NCBI RefSeq assembly: GCF_001194135.2
Contig: NC_068981.1
Span: forward strand, 188,846,651-188,900,306
Origin: Octopus bimaculoides
Taxonomy: Eukaryota
Direction of reading: 5' to 3'
Length of the DNA stretch: 53,656 bases
Shown here in pieces: positions 12,794 to 26,640 of the stretch (position 1 is the stretch's first letter; each line of letters opens with the position of its first letter). Position numbers and translations under genes: made by a program. A model generated the notes under the pieces. It was not told the origin of the DNA, did not search any database, and worked only from the letters and a program-made list of their open reading frames with translations.

Positions 12794-12833
12794 CATTTTG
12801 ATGTCCATCCTCTATATGATGGACATCAAAATG
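12794..12833. repeat. Perfect 16-bp inverted repeat with 8-nt loop
   Basis: cattttgatgtccatc-ctctatat-gatggacatcaaaatg. Confidence 0.95.
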
Positions 12834-13654
12834 ACCAGGATTTGAAGTTTTGCCAATCAGCAAAATTTCATTCCTTCAGGGAATGTTTTGTTATTATTCT
12901 CCTCAAATGTGTTTTAAACTATAAATTCTTTTTAACACAGACACACACATATCGAGGAAACATTAAAACAAAGTGATATGCAATTTGCAGCCAGGATAAG
13001 CTGAATATGATCGCTTTGATGTACAATGTGAACTTTCGAGATACCTTCCGGGCAGCTGTGTTGAGGAAGTTATTGCGTATTAAATGTATTGGAATTCACA
13101 TGCTAGAGATAAAGGCTGCATTATGACTGTATTATGAACTTGTAATAAGAATAGATTATGTATTTGGGGGCTGTATGAGAAATCTACAGGGCAGAGATTA
13201 AGAAAGATTTAATTGCAAAGTAGCTAGATGATCAATTTAGGCTTTGCAAGTGAAATAATACAACACGAGGATATATGTCAAGCCGTATGACCCACACCAG
13301 CTGATGAAATGATAAAATATTGAATGTGTATTGAAAATTAATTATCTAGATGAGTTTGAGAATGTCAATCACCATAGCTTGTTTGGCCTCTATTTTTATA
13401 AATATAGCAGTAGTTATTTAACATACACCAACTAGTCTTTCCTATAATTATACTGGTTCATTTTTTTTACAACTCACTCTTTTTAACAAAGTAAATCTTA
13501 AATGTCAGATATTATCATTTTGATCTAATTTTAAATGTCTTCTGAGTTTTTCTTTATTATTATTATTATTATTATTATTATCATTATTATCATTATTATT
13601 ATTGTTACCATGATCATCATCATCATCATCATCATCATTATTCAATGTGACAAG

Positions 13655-13843
13655 CTGGTATTTTGCCTGTTGCTACATTCTGAGTTCAAATTCTGCTGAG
13701 GTTGACTTTGCCTTTCATCCTTTTGGGGTCGATAAATCAAGTACCAGTGAAACACTGGGGTCAATGTAATCGTCTAGTCCCCTCCCACCAAATTTGAGAC
13801 CTTGGCCTTTAGCAGAAAAGATTATTATTATTATTATTATTAT
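13655..13843 (+). mobile_element. SINE family C (tRNA-derived, conserved central domain, (ATT)n tail)
   Basis: gagttcaaattctgctgaggttgactttgcctttcatccttttggggtcgataaatcaagtaccag...gaaaagattattatt. Confidence 0.8.
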
Positions 13844-14379
13844 TTCATTTATGCAAAACAGATTAGACTGTTGGTAAAAATATTCTTAACACTGGGCTAC
13901 AAGTACTTTTGATGCCAAGAACCTCCCTAAGTGTCCCAGTTGTCCCAAATAATATTGTTTACTGAAGTTGCACTAAACTAGGTTTTATGCCTATTTGCCT
14001 TATCCAGGGACACATACTACTCACACTTTCCATTGCTTTGTAACTCAATTGATATTGTTAAGATTATTATCATTATTATAGATGCCGCACAGTATACAAC
14101 ATCATGAGATTTATTTAAAAATAGTACTCGGGAAATATTTCATTTTTGTATTTGGTTTGCAAGATTCTTGATGTGTTGTATCTTTGGAGGACCATTATTC
14201 ATTTCTTTATTATTTATTAGTGAAATGGTTAACTAATTAACTACTTAACCAATCAACTGTTTGATTAATTGTTTGGTTAACCAATTGATCAGTTCGGTTT
14301 GTCAAAGTCCTTTTGTCAGCATATGTGATCTCATCAATAACATACCTTCTCTATACCAGGTCTGCATATTCTATTATTC

Positions 14380-14938
14380 TTTTATTTGTTCCAGTCATTT
14401 GACTGTGGCCATGCTGGAGCACCGCCTTTAGTTGAGCAAATCGACCCCAGGACTTATTCTTTGTAAGCCTAGTACTTATTCTATCATTCTCTTTTGCCGA
14501 ACCGCTAAGTTACGAGGACATAAACACACCAGCATCGGTTGTTCAGCGATGTTGGTGGGGACAAACATAGACATACAAACATATACACACACATATACAT
14601 ATATATATATATACAACGGTCTTCTTTAAGTTTTAGTCTACCAAATCCACTCACAAGGCTTTGGTCAGCCTGAGGCTATAGTTGAAGACACTTGCCCAAG
14701 GTGCCATGCAGTGGAACTGAACCCGGAACCATGTGGTTGGTAAGCAAGCTACTTACCTAACAGCCACTCCTGCACCTATATATATGAGTTTCTTTCAGTT
14801 TCCGTCTACCAAATCCACTCACAAGGCTTTGGTCAGCCTGAGGATATAGTAGAAGACACTTGCCCAAGGTGTCACACAGTGGGACTGAACCTGGAACCAT
14901 GTGGTTGGTAAGCAAGTTACTTACCACACAGCCACTCC
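14380..14938 (-). mobile_element. SINE family A, full length, plus tandem extra 5' module (14777-14938)
   Basis: Full copy 14380-14776 followed directly by a second tRNA-head half; both carry ggtcagcctgagg. Confidence 0.9.
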
Positions 14939-15089
14939 TTAAAAACATCAAATCCAATAAGGTAATACTTTAAGAACAGATAAGCATGTTATAATATAGT
15001 AACGTATTTAAAGAATATTTTTCTTGAATTGTCTATATGAGAAAATAGAACATCTTAAAGCAATCAAATCACCCACCAATACAAGTATT

Positions 15090-15560
15090 ATGGGTGTTGT
15101 AAAATTGTACAGAGAAGACAAAATAGCCAAGAAATTTGATTGATAAATTAAATAGGTGGTGCAAATTGAGTCTGAGATTTTGAGTTTCAGCCTTGATTTT
15201 CTATAAATCTCTTTGCTAGGTTGATAGGTGAGGGAGTAACATTAATTGAATTCATCAGGTGACATTTAGACATTTAAATGGAGAATGCCATAAATCATAG
15301 CAAACCGTTGAACACTTAGGTATAATATTTCCTATATTATATCACCAAGTAATATTCTAAATAACGAAGTGAATAAACAACTATTAAATTTCAGTTTCTC
15401 TTTGATGCACCTGTTAATTAATTCTAAGATCCAATAGAAACTACTTTACGTTGAGGAATTGTGTCATAAAAGTTGAAAGACGAAATCCTGGAGAAGAGGA
15501 AATGTAAATAGAGCATTTAAATGGGAATAGCTAGTTTGTGAAATGGGAATCTTTCCTGAT
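15090..15560 (+). mobile_element. Highly degenerate RTE-like RT remnant
   Basis: Scattered motifs: HLNGE, VEHLGI, ISPSNILNNEVNKQ (cf. YLGSxIS...LDxEINxRI); many stops and frameshifts. Confidence 0.35.
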
Positions 15561-17699
15561 TGAGACTAAAAAGATTGAACCAATAAAAAAGTGAAAATGT
15601 CAAGAGAAAGTTTAATCACTGATTCTTATTACGCATGTATTGAACTCTCAAATATCTTATTTCAATATTTTATCTAAGGGATGTGGTGCAGAAAGCCGAG
15701 TGTTGTATTTAGTTTTAATATATCATGCTTCTAAGTTCAAATCTCATTGAAGTAAATTTTTACTTTCACTCATTCAGTACCCTTATTCAATATGGATCAG
15801 GGATCTTACAGGGATCTTAACTATAAAATTCCAACCTGTTTTAAAATAACTTTGTGCCACATTAAAACATATCAATATTCAGTCTAAGAGAAAAATTATC
15901 AAATTTTAGCATGAATGGAGTTTATAAAAACAATAAGTTTTCCTTTTCATACCAACGGGCAATATTTATTTCTTAAATTCTGCAATGTGTTTTTTTTTTT
16001 TTTTAATTCTTAATTACTGATATTTAGTGACCTAATTTTCACTAATTACCCCAGACATATTTCAAGCTACATATTGATTGCTGTATCACAGGGATTAAAC
16101 CATTTTCTGTAAACTCAGCAATTTTTTAACGAGTCTTATCAGCCATTCAACTTTATATTTACTTCTATATTCAGTACAAGTTATGTTTTCTCAATTACAT
16201 TTAGTTCATCATTACTGCTTCTTGTGTAATAATTACCCTTTCTCTGTTAGTTTGTATTAATTCAATACAAACATTCAATATCCTTTTGTCTACCTTCTAT
16301 TTCTCAAAAGTTATTGTTCTTTTATACAGAACATCTCTTATAGAAATTTCTTTAGATTAGCCTTTTTTTTTTTTCCTAAATACAGCATTGTACAGATACA
16401 TTTTCAGTATTATTGATGTTAATAATCTATCAAAAAGATGCTGCACTTTTGCTTAGTCTATCAGGACAGTTATTTCATCATAGGAAAAACCTCAAGGTAG
16501 TTTTTATCGCAGTCAGTTAACAATTACCAAACTTTATGACATTTCAAGCTAAATATATAAGCTTTCACCTTAACAGTTCCTACTTCAACAAGCTGCTCCT
16601 TATTCCAGGTAAAAAATACACCTTGATAATTCACTTTCTACCAGAATGCCACCATTCCTATCATGATTACATATTCAAAAGGTAATGTTTTAGTCAAATT
16701 CATTAAGAAACAGTTACTTTAATGCTGTTCAAATACTGTCATTAATTATACTTCAAAACAAGAAACCTATAATTTAGTGTATATAATTTGTTTCCTTTCT
16801 GTCACATTTTATATTCCTTCTTTAAAGAATATAACATTATCTCCATCATAACAACAACTTGATTTAATGTTAGTCTGTGATCTAAAATAAAATATTTTGT
16901 TAGATTAGTCTTCTAGAAAACACTTACTTTTAAATAATTTATCACACATCTCATTATTTTGACTCTTTGAAACATAAATTAATTTTAAGTATCTTCTTCA
17001 GATGATGCAATATGAATACATTTCTTAATATCTGTAGCTAACAGAAAGTACTTTTACTATCATCATCATCATTATCATGATCATCATGAAATTTCTATTT
17101 ATGTACAAATCCCTTCGTTGTAAGTAAAATAAAGGAAGAAAATCTATCAGTGAAATAGTGTTCATGTTTCTGATGTTTTGAAGTTAAATATACTGTATCT
17201 ATAAAGATGTTGTACAATTGTCGAGATAAAGAAGTCATTGTTACATTTTTTTTTTTTTTTTACTATCAAAAAGTTTTATTATTTCACTGTTTCGCTACAT
17301 TATTTGTAACTTGTCAGTGCATGCTTCTTCTGGGCTAGTCATGTGTTGACCTTTTTTGAGATCCTGCTGTCTTGAGCTATTAATACACCAGATAAATAAT
17401 GTATTAGTAAATGATTAACCATAATAAAAAGATGACAGTAACTGTTAACAAATATTATTTATATATATGAAAAAGCATTCAATTGTGTATATATGGTTAT
17501 AGCCTAGAAGATGTGAGTTACTACGATTTGAAGGAAAAGTATGTCATCGCAATAAGTACAAGACATCTTAGAAGTAAATGTCATGGTAAACTTAAACGGT
17601 TGATTCTTAAATAAATTTGAAGGTGGGAGTGCAGGGGCATGTTCAGTAGCCTTTCTTATGTGTTCTAATGAACTTCAAAACATTTAAGGAAACAATTCC

Positions 17700-17974
17700 T
17701 ATGTTCCTGTGCAGGTGGCACGTAAAAAACACCATTTTGAGTATGGCCGTTGCTAGTACCGCCTGACTGGCCCTTGTGCCGGTGGCATGTAAAAGCACCC
17801 ACTACACTCTCCGAGTGGCTGGCGTTAGGAAGGGCATCCAGCTGTAGAAACTCTGCCAGACCAGATTGGAGCCTGGTGCAGCCATCCAGTTCGGCAGTCC
17901 TCAGTCAAATTGTCCAACCCATGCTAGCATGGAAAGCAGACGTTAAACGATGATGACGATAATGACGATGATGA
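17700..17974 (+). mobile_element. RTE-type 3' end with tandem-repeat UTR and (GAT)n tail
   Basis: ggtggcacgtaaaaaacacc...ggcatccagctgtagaaactctgcc...atgctagcatggaaagcagacgttaaacgatgatgac. Confidence 0.88.
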
Positions 17975-18019
17975 ATTCGAAATGGAAAGAAAGAGAAGGC
18001 ATTGAAAAGTATTTGGCAG

Positions 18020-18410
18020 ATTTATACTGGTGATGTTAGTTTGTCTATTAATGAAATTAATGAAATATAAAAATTAGAATGCAAAGAATTATATGCAAGC
18101 TTCACAAAATGGTTAAAGATGTAGACTTAAAGATAAGCATCAATACAACTAGAATTATGAATAATAAGCAGAGAAAAGAACTGCATCATTAAGTGGGTAC
18201 ATACTAAATGAGTCCAATAAATTTAAATATCTAAGTATTTTCATAGGAAGTGATGGAAACATTAATGTAAAATTTTAAAAAGTCAAGTAATGGGAGTATT
18301 TTCAGATGTGTTGAGATCACATAGAATAGTGATTACAATGAAAATTAAACTGTATGTCATCAGTAAGAAAAAGTATTAAAATATGGGGAAAGTGTCACAA
18401 AAAAGCAATC
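18020..18410 (+). mobile_element. Degenerate RTE-clade RT remnant
   Basis: Motif order: LADLY/GDVSL (YADD region), VDLKISINTTRIM (GLKINxxKTKxM), KFKYLSI, IGSDG, TMKIKLY; frameshifted. Confidence 0.6.
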
Positions 18411-18814
18411 CTGTAGGCTTTGAAAATATAACATTACCAAATATCTAGGGGTGAAGTGGCATGATTTTATGAGAAATGAAGTGATTTGAGATGTTATAAA
18501 AGTACCATATATAAGTTAAGAAATGATAAAAAAATATATTGTGATAATTGGACAGTATGCTTTGGTTCCAACTTGGAAGTTTACAAATACGGTCAGTCTT
18601 GATACCAGAAGAGAAATAACTACATAGCTGATAGCAATGGAAAGAGACATAGAATAGACAAGGCTGGTGAGGATTTGTGGAGAATCTTTGCACAGAGGGC
18701 AGTAACTAACACATTTATTATTAGAGAACTCTTCTTTTAAAATCACCCTTTCTTGGGTGTCATTTTACACAAGTTTTACATGATCCACCTATAATTTTGC
18801 CCTTTGCATTCATC

Positions 18815-19198
18815 TACTTGCTTCATTCATTTCACTGTGGCCATGCTGGTGCACTGCCTTTAGTCGAACAAATCGACCTCAGGACTTATTCTTTGTAAGC
18901 CTAGTACTTATTCTATTAGTCTCTTTTGCTGAACCACTAAGTTACGGGAATGTAAACACACCAACATCGATTGTAAAGCAATGGTGGAGGGACAAGCACA
19001 AACACATATATATATATATGTACACAAACACACACACAACAGACTTCTTTCAGTTTCCGTCTACCAAATCCACTCACAAGGCTTTGGTCGGCCTGAGGCT
19101 ATAGTAAAAAACACTTGCCCAAGATGCCATGCAGTGGAACTGAACCCTGAACCATGTGGTTGGGAAGCAAGCTTCTTACCACACACCCACGCTGCACC
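18815..19198 (-). mobile_element. SINE family A, near full length
   Basis: Consensus tail, central (TA/CA)n and head. Confidence 0.88.
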
Positions 19199-20180
19199 TA
19201 TATTTTTAGCATATATATACTTTTTTTATGAATATGATACTTTGGACTAAACTTTTGTAGATAACCTGCTAAAATACTAAAAGACATTGTTGGGTGTAAC
19301 TTGAAATAAAGATTTGTATCATAGTGTAAGGTAATCATTAATTTTAACGAGTTCTTTTCACAACCAGTTAAATATCTTATCTTTCTTGAATATGGTTTTT
19401 CCTTTATTTAACCAATAAACTTTCTCATAATAAATAACTGTGTGAAAGAAATTTCTTTTTGTTACTTCATTTAATCATTTATTTAAGTTTTAAGTTAACA
19501 TATTTAATTTTCTAATTCCTTTTAATTTTGATTAAAAACTGTATTTTTGTATGTAAAGTGTGTTGTTCATCACGACTGTTTTAATGTCCTTATGTCCATG
19601 ATGGCATAGGTCAGTCAAGTTTCCAGAACAGCAAATCACCATTAATTTTGATTCTGATTATCATCTCTTCTGTGAGGTCCACCATTCAGAAATCTTAACT
19701 CACTGCTACTCACAACATCAGTAAATGAAACAAATTTTTCTTGATAGATTTATGATTGTCTGATGAAATATTCCATCTTTTGACATCTATAGCATCCACT
19801 TCTAGTTTAATCATGGTAACATTCATCTCCTGTTCTTGTATACATTATATTTCACAACATAATTCATTTTGTTGTAGTATTCTATGTCTGCTGAATTACT
19901 GCTTTGTAGAAAATGGTTCTTTAGCCTTTACATGTTTCATCAAATAGCCAATATATCACTGTTTTTTTTTTCTTTTCTTTTTCTGAATATATATTTAAGC
20001 CTACTTAAATAATCACTTTTCACCAAATCGCATGGAAATTATACTGTTACAAACTTTATAGAAACTTCCTACCTACCAACCCTCAACCATTGAAGAAAGT
20101 CTCCATTTTTGCTGGCCACTTGGTGATATTACATTATAAGAGGTAAAATGGTTGGCACTGGAAGGGTGCCACACAATTCC

Positions 20181-20596
20181 TTACTCTCTTTCTTTTTCTC
20201 TCTTTTACTTGTTTCAGTCTTTTGACTGTGGCCATGCTGAAGCACCGCCTTTAGTCACACAAATCGACCCCAGGACTTATTCTTTGTAAGCCTAGTACTT
20301 ATTCTATCAGTCTCTTTTGCCGAACTGCTAAGTTATGGGGACATAAACACACCAGCATCGGTTGTCAAGCGATGTTGAGGGGACAAACACAGACACACAA
20401 ACTTATACACACACATACTCATATATATATATATAGATATATACGACGGGCTTCTTTCAGTTTCCGTCTACCAAATCCACTCACAAGGCTTTGGTTGGCC
20501 CGAGGCTATAGTAGAAGAAACTTGCCCAAGGTGTCACGCAGTGGGACTGAACCCAGAACCATGTGGTTGGTAAGCAAGTTACTTACTACACAGCCC
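20181..20596 (-). mobile_element. SINE family A, near full length
   Basis: Close match to the consensus seen at 31195-31586. Confidence 0.92.
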
Positions 20597-21699
20597 GGAA
20601 CAAGAAAACATCCGAACATAAAAACAATCCTTTTATTTTGTATGTACAAAATATTTACACCTTGGGACAGTAGGTAGCCAGGTCTGGTGTGGAAGCAGCA
20701 AAGTCTGAGTTAATCATACTTTGTGAAGGCATTCTTCACAGAAATCCAGCTACACAGAGCTGGTCAAATACCGGTTAGCAGCAGAGGCAAACAGAGAGCT
20801 GCTGAGGACACATCTGCATCGTTCAGCAGCTGCATCTCGAGTCTGAGGTACAAGAGAACTCTGCTGCTGCTAGTTTTCTGCGCATTTGCATCAGGGACCT
20901 TTCGGCAGGCATGCATGCATGTGTGCTGGAGACCCTCAAGATGACATCACTACAACATGCACGCAGTAATATTTTAGCCTGAGCCTCATCATCATGTATA
21001 CACAGCTAACAGTTATGAAATATCTTCCAAACTAAGAAAGGAGCATATTTGTGGTTGCTCAACCAGCGAAAATTAGTGGCCTAATTCTCCTCATACCATA
21101 TTCTACCTTCTTAAAAAAGGAATACATTTGATAATGTATCTGAGGGGACACTATGCCCCCCCTCCCAAACACACACACTAAAGGTTACCGTTATAATGCC
21201 TCCAATCAAACATCTGCTCAATCAAGGCTAGCTTGGGTCTTGATAACAATAAAGCCTCTGCTCATGTGAAACCAGCATTGCAACAAGTTTTGTTAAAAGA
21301 ATTTCAATCACACCCCAACATGTCACCTTGTTCCTATCTTCATCAAACTCTTCAATCTCTCTCTCTCTCTCTCACACACAAACTCTTTGCTACTGTTTAA
21401 AAACATACTGCAGTTTGTACTATATCAAGAATACCAACATCTGTCACATCACTAACTACTTACTTATTGTTCTCCCTTCTAACATATCAGAGATTATGGA
21501 AACAGATACAGCCAAAAGCAATCTTCATCACCACCTTTTTCTCTTTCTCTCCACCCTCTCTCTCTCTCTCTCTCTCTCTTTCTATTCAGTAACATCCATT
21601 ATGACTTCTATAAAATCAAATTCACTGGAATTTTACTCTCATATCACATTCAACAGTTTTGAGGACTTTGGTGAAAGCAATGTAATTGCACTCAACATT

Positions 21700-22101
21700 A
21701 CTCTTGTACTTGTTTCAGTCATTTGACTGTGGCCATGCTGGAGCACCGACTTTACTCGAGCAAATCGACCCCAGGACTTATTCTTTGTAAGCCTAGTACT
21801 TATTCTATCAGTCTCTTTAGCTGAACCGCTAAGTAATGGGGACGTAAACCCACCAGCATCGGCTGTCAAGTGATGCTGGGGGACAAACACAGACACACAA
21901 ACACACACATATATATATACATATATATGACAGGCTTCTTTCAGTTTCTGTCTACCATATGAATATATGTAATCCCCTCACAAGGCTTTGATTGACTCGA
22001 AGCTATAGTAGAAGACACTTGCCCAAGGTGCCACACAGTGGGACTAAACTCGGAACCATGTGGTTGGTAAGCAAGCTACTTACCACACAGCTACTCCTGC
22101 A
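21700..22101 (-). mobile_element. SINE family A, full length
   Basis: Consensus tail, body and head. Confidence 0.9.
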
Positions 22102-22104
22102 ATG

Positions 22105-22454
22105 TTTGTCATAGGATTCATCTTGTCAACATACCCAGCTATGGCCTGCACTCATCTCTCAATTCTGGAATTGAAAGATTCTTATACTGTTGCTGCATGG
22201 GCCAATGGGGCTTTCTTTAATCACCCCATTTTATCAATTCTGGTGTACCCCAAGATTCAACAATGTCTCCCATGCCCTTCCTGTTGTACATAAGTAACCT
22301 ACTTGCTTCCACATTTAACATCTCACACTTCTATACTGATGATCTTATGCTTCACATCCCTGTAGTCTTCCACTCACAGGGGTCATCTACATGTAACATA
22401 AACGGCTCAAGCTCTGTCAGTGAGATCCTTCTTCAATGGGGACTTGTGACATGA
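22105..22454 (+). mobile_element. CR1/Jockey-group LINE reverse-transcriptase remnant
   Basis: INSGVPQDSTMSPMPFLLYISNLLASTFNISHFYTDDLMLH matches RT domains 4-5 (GVPQGSxLSPxLFLLFINDL...YADD); upstream frameshifted LKDSYTV. Confidence 0.85.
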
Positions 22455-23720
22455 CAACTATGTCTCTCAAAAACAATCTATATATAATAACACCCATCTC
22501 TACACAGATCAAGAGGGATTTGGAAGTACCTCCTTCCCTATGTTTTCCTGCAAACACTGACAGATGTTCAAGCTGAATGTCATCTGTACCATTGTAAGCA
22601 TACTCAGTTGTCATAGATGTGGGTTCCCTCCCTACTGGATATGGTTTTTGTCAATAAGCTTGCATTTAGATTTTTTAGAGCTTGTGATCTAATTTGTGTC
22701 TTGTGCTGGTTCTATTTAAAATATATTCATATGATGTCCTTCCATCTTCTGTGTAGTTGCCTTAAAGTACTTGAAGAAATTGTTTATGAATTAAAGTAAA
22801 ACAAAAACAGAAAAAAAAATTATATAAATAACTGAGAAGTCATTTCTATATAGAATTTTCTTTTTGAGCTCTTAATAGGGAGCTGACATGATATTCTGTT
22901 GAGGGGAAAATGACTATTATTACTGCTACAATAGATTCTGTTGTCCTCCAACTATTTCTTCTGACCAGTTAATTGGCTATCAAGCCTATGGTAATGAATT
23001 TAAAATATGGAATCCAATCTTGCAGAAACATTAATTTTCCAACAACTTCCTATTTAACAATGGAAGGTAACATAATTATTTCCATCAGCTGCAGAAATGG
23101 TTTTCTATTGTCCCTTTATGTAGGTATATATTAGTATTATATATTGCTCTCGTGTTTATCATAATTTAAAATCAATGTAGAGGGTTTCCAAATGGGTAGT
23201 ATCACATATAAAAAGAAAGTTTTATACTCAAGCCATGAGTTAATTATTCTTGACTTCTTCCATGTAAGAGGAAGCATCCGACGGATTAAGTCTAATCTAC
23301 AAATTAAGATTGTCTATCTGGAAAAGTTGTATGAAAAAAAATTAACAATCAAAAATATATTTTCAGCTCAGTATAAGACATGATAGCACAGGATTTTAAA
23401 AAGCCTATTATCATCTTTATAACAGTTTCAAATAGACAATGTATCTTTTATAAAGTCATGTAATAATAACTTATTCTTGAACAGTTACTGATCCTATACA
23501 CAAACCAAATAGGTCTAACACAGAAGTATTGCTGACAAATCTTAATTGGTTATTGACCATACTCACAAAAATATTGTTCATCTGATTGGTGAGTCATTAC
23601 ATGATAAACTGCTATATTCCCTGAACTAGTGACCCCTCACTGCCATTTCCATTAGCACATTCACCCACACTTTGTGACTGTATACTCCATACAACTATAC
23701 TCAAGAAATTTATTTACATA

Positions 23721-23890
23721 GGCACAAGCATTGCTGTGTGATAAGAAACTTGTCTCCCAACTGCATGGTTCCAGGTTCAGTTCCACTGCGTGGCACCTTC
23801 AGCAAGTGTCTTCCACTATAGCCTCGAGCTGATCAAAGCTTTGTGAGTGGGATTTCATGGACAGAAACTGAAAGAAGCTTGTCATATATG

Positions 23891-23937
<47 letters not shown>

Positions 23938-24172
23938 ATGCACGTGTCTTTGTGTCTATGTTTGTTCCCCCTCTCCATCACTGCTCAACAACTGGTGTTG
24001 ATGGGTTTATATCCCTGTAATTTAGCAGTTCAGCAAAAGAGACCAATAGAATATGTACTAGGTTAAAAGAACCATAATCCCAGGGTCGATTTATTCAAAT
24101 GAGGAAACCCTTCAAGGCAGTGCTCCAGCATGGCCACAGTCAAATGACTGAAACAAGTAAAAGAATTAAAGA
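23721..24172 (+). mobile_element. SINE family A variant, diverged
   Basis: tRNA-like head (ggttcagttcc), central (TG)n, tail gaaacaagtaaaagaattaaagaat. Confidence 0.85.
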
Positions 24173-24206
24173 ATATCTTGTTCTTCATATCACGTTCTCT
24201 CTCTCA

Positions 24207-24248
<42 letters not shown>

Positions 24249-24458
24249 GTCTTGCAAGTACTTGGTGACCCTGTTAATGCAGGTGCCACATGAAAAGCAC
24301 TACGTCCACTCTGCTTAATGGTTGGTGTTAGGAAGGGCATCCAGCTGTAAAAATCTTGCCAAAACAGTCACAGAAGTCTGGTGCAGGCTTCTGCCTGGCT
24401 CTTGTGAAACCGTCCCACCCATACCAGTATGGCAGGCAGACATTAAATGATGATGATA
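24249..24458 (+). mobile_element. RTE-tailed repeat 3' end
   Basis: ttaggaagggcatccagctgtaaaaatc...gacattaaatgatgatgat. Confidence 0.7.
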
Positions 24459-24460
24459 AA

Positions 24461-24496
<36 letters not shown>

Positions 24497-24582
24497 AATG
24501 GTTGTTGGTTACAGCTGGTCAGAGAGTGACTGTTGGGTTCACACTTACAAAGTTTTCAGTGGTATAGGTCACTCATTGGACT

Positions 24583-24790
24583 CATCCTCATCTTCAGCAT
24601 CCGTATTCCATGCTGGCATGGGTTGGATGGTTCCTCAAGATCCAACAGGTCAGAAGACTGCAACATACTCCAGAGTCTGCTTTGACGTGGTTCCTGTGGA
24701 CGGATAACCTTCCACATTGGACTGGGTGCTTTTATTATTATTCTTTTGTTGTTTTGTGTCATCAGCATTAGTAAGGTTGCCATGCAGCTT
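24583..24790 (-). mobile_element. RTE-tailed repeat 3' end, diverged
   Basis: catccgtattccatgctggcatgggttggatggtt... Confidence 0.65.
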
Positions 24791-24879
24791 GCAAAACTAA
24801 GATCTGCATCGGCTGAGAGGAGCTGCAGTAGAGAGAGAGAGAGAGAGAGAGATAGAGAGATTTATGTTAGGTGATAAAG

Positions 24880-25820
24880 GTATTAAGATAGTGATCAGAA
24901 CTGACTTTTTGCAATGGAAGAGACACATTATACAGTGTTGGAGTAATTGATGTAAAACAGGAAAGAACAATAAAGATGGTGGTGACATGGTGTCAGGATA
25001 TATCTAGGGAGTGTTGGGGGCAGGAGAAGAAGAACTGGAATGGAGGCTAGATAGGAAAAAGCTAGTATGTATGAAGAGGTTAAGAAGTGGGGTGAGGGGT
25101 GCTTATGATAAAAATGAGTTGGATTGAGGGCATTGAAGAGGATTAGAAATGCTGGAGGGATAATCGGTGATATATATGAGTTGAGATGTAGATGCTGATT
25201 GTTAGTAGAAATGGGTGAAGAGCAGCGGGATAGAGAGAAAGTGATGACACACAGGTAGATAGGTCGAAAAAGTGCGAGTGGCAAGAAAACTGGAGTGCAT
25301 AGCAGAGAGTGAGAGATGTATAGTGATATGGGTAAACGAACAGGATGTGGTTCAGTGGAAAGGGAGAGGTAATTTGACAGCATGTAAGGGTGGCATGATC
25401 TATGTAAAATGTGAGTGAAGAATGACAATGTAAGGATGAATGATGGGAGGCAACTGAAGTGGTTATGAGTAATGAGAAAGATAACTGGTAACTCAGAAAG
25501 CTTAATGAAATATGTAGTTCTACTCTTAGTTGATTACAGTTGACAAGTGGTGGAGAGATCAGAGATAGAGAATGAGGGGGATGGTGGAATGATTAAATGA
25601 AGAAATTAGGGGAGTAATGGTGGAGGGAATTGCAGATATAGACATTTTGTTTTTGTAACTTCAGTTTCTTGCTGAGATTGCTGGGTCTTCTTGAGCACTC
25701 TTTATAACTTCTCTAAAGTCTGAGAAAACTAGGGTGTGATGGGATGGAGCAAAAATCAGTTCAGTTGTAAGTGTGTGTGCTGTGGAAGAGAATCCTAATG
25801 ATTGTGGTACAGGTAACTGT
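24880..25820. repeat. Purine(GA)-rich degenerate retroelement-like tract
   Basis: Strong strand skew; the minus-strand ORF is low-complexity L/S/P/H. Confidence 0.35.
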
Positions 25821-26640
25821 TAGGAAAGGAATATAAAGTATATTGGAATGTTGTGAATAAAGTCAAAGAGAGTGAGATAGGTATGGAGGAGATGAACAAA
25901 TAGAGAGAATGTTGGCAGGTGGAGAGAGAGAGAGAGAGAGAGTGGATAAGAAAAGAGAGAAGCTAATGAATTAACATAATTAAAACGGATAAGAGAAAAG
26001 TCATTAATGATTTTTATATTTATCAATCAGTTTTACATTTTTTAAAAAACATTATTGTTTAAAATTCAAAAGTGAATAAAAGTGAAAACCCAATGGGCTC
26101 TTAACTTTTTTCATGTTTTTGTTTTTTTAATTTACTTTCATATTTGCTTTTAAGTATCTTCACAGTAGTGTTTAAAAAAAAATATAATCAAACATTTTCC
26201 TATTTAATCCTAAGAAAGAAAATATAAGAAAAAATTTAAATAAGTTTTATTGTTTTTCATCTGCCTGCAATTTCCTACTCTTTCTGTATTTTAAATTATT
26301 TGTTAAAATAATGAACTAGAAAATACTTATTTAATTGGGCTGCAACTATAACACAGTTGCATTAACCTATATAATCATTGTGTTAAGATTATTACGATTT
26401 CAGCAGAAGGTTGGCTTCAGTTTTGACAAAAATTGTTCTTTTGATTACATTTCCTAGTTTGATATATTGCTTGTACATTGAAAAAGTTACCAACTACCAT
26501 TGTCATATTTAAAAACTGTAACTTTTTGTTTGACTGATTTAAAATACCTGAGGAATGGAAAATTTATATCTGCACAATAAGAGCTGATTCACTAGAGGGT
26601 GTCTGGTAAGTTTAATAATCCAAAATGATCCCCAAATTTA

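Noticed and set aside
16570-16615. Possible micro-exon ag|ttcctacttc...ttccag|gtaaaa
   Set aside because: Weak donor, 32 nt and no corroborating exons.
25645-25715. Minus-strand ctcaagaaga...gaaactgaagtta hammerhead-like remnant
   Set aside because: The core CUGA is broken and there is no stem I or II complementarity.
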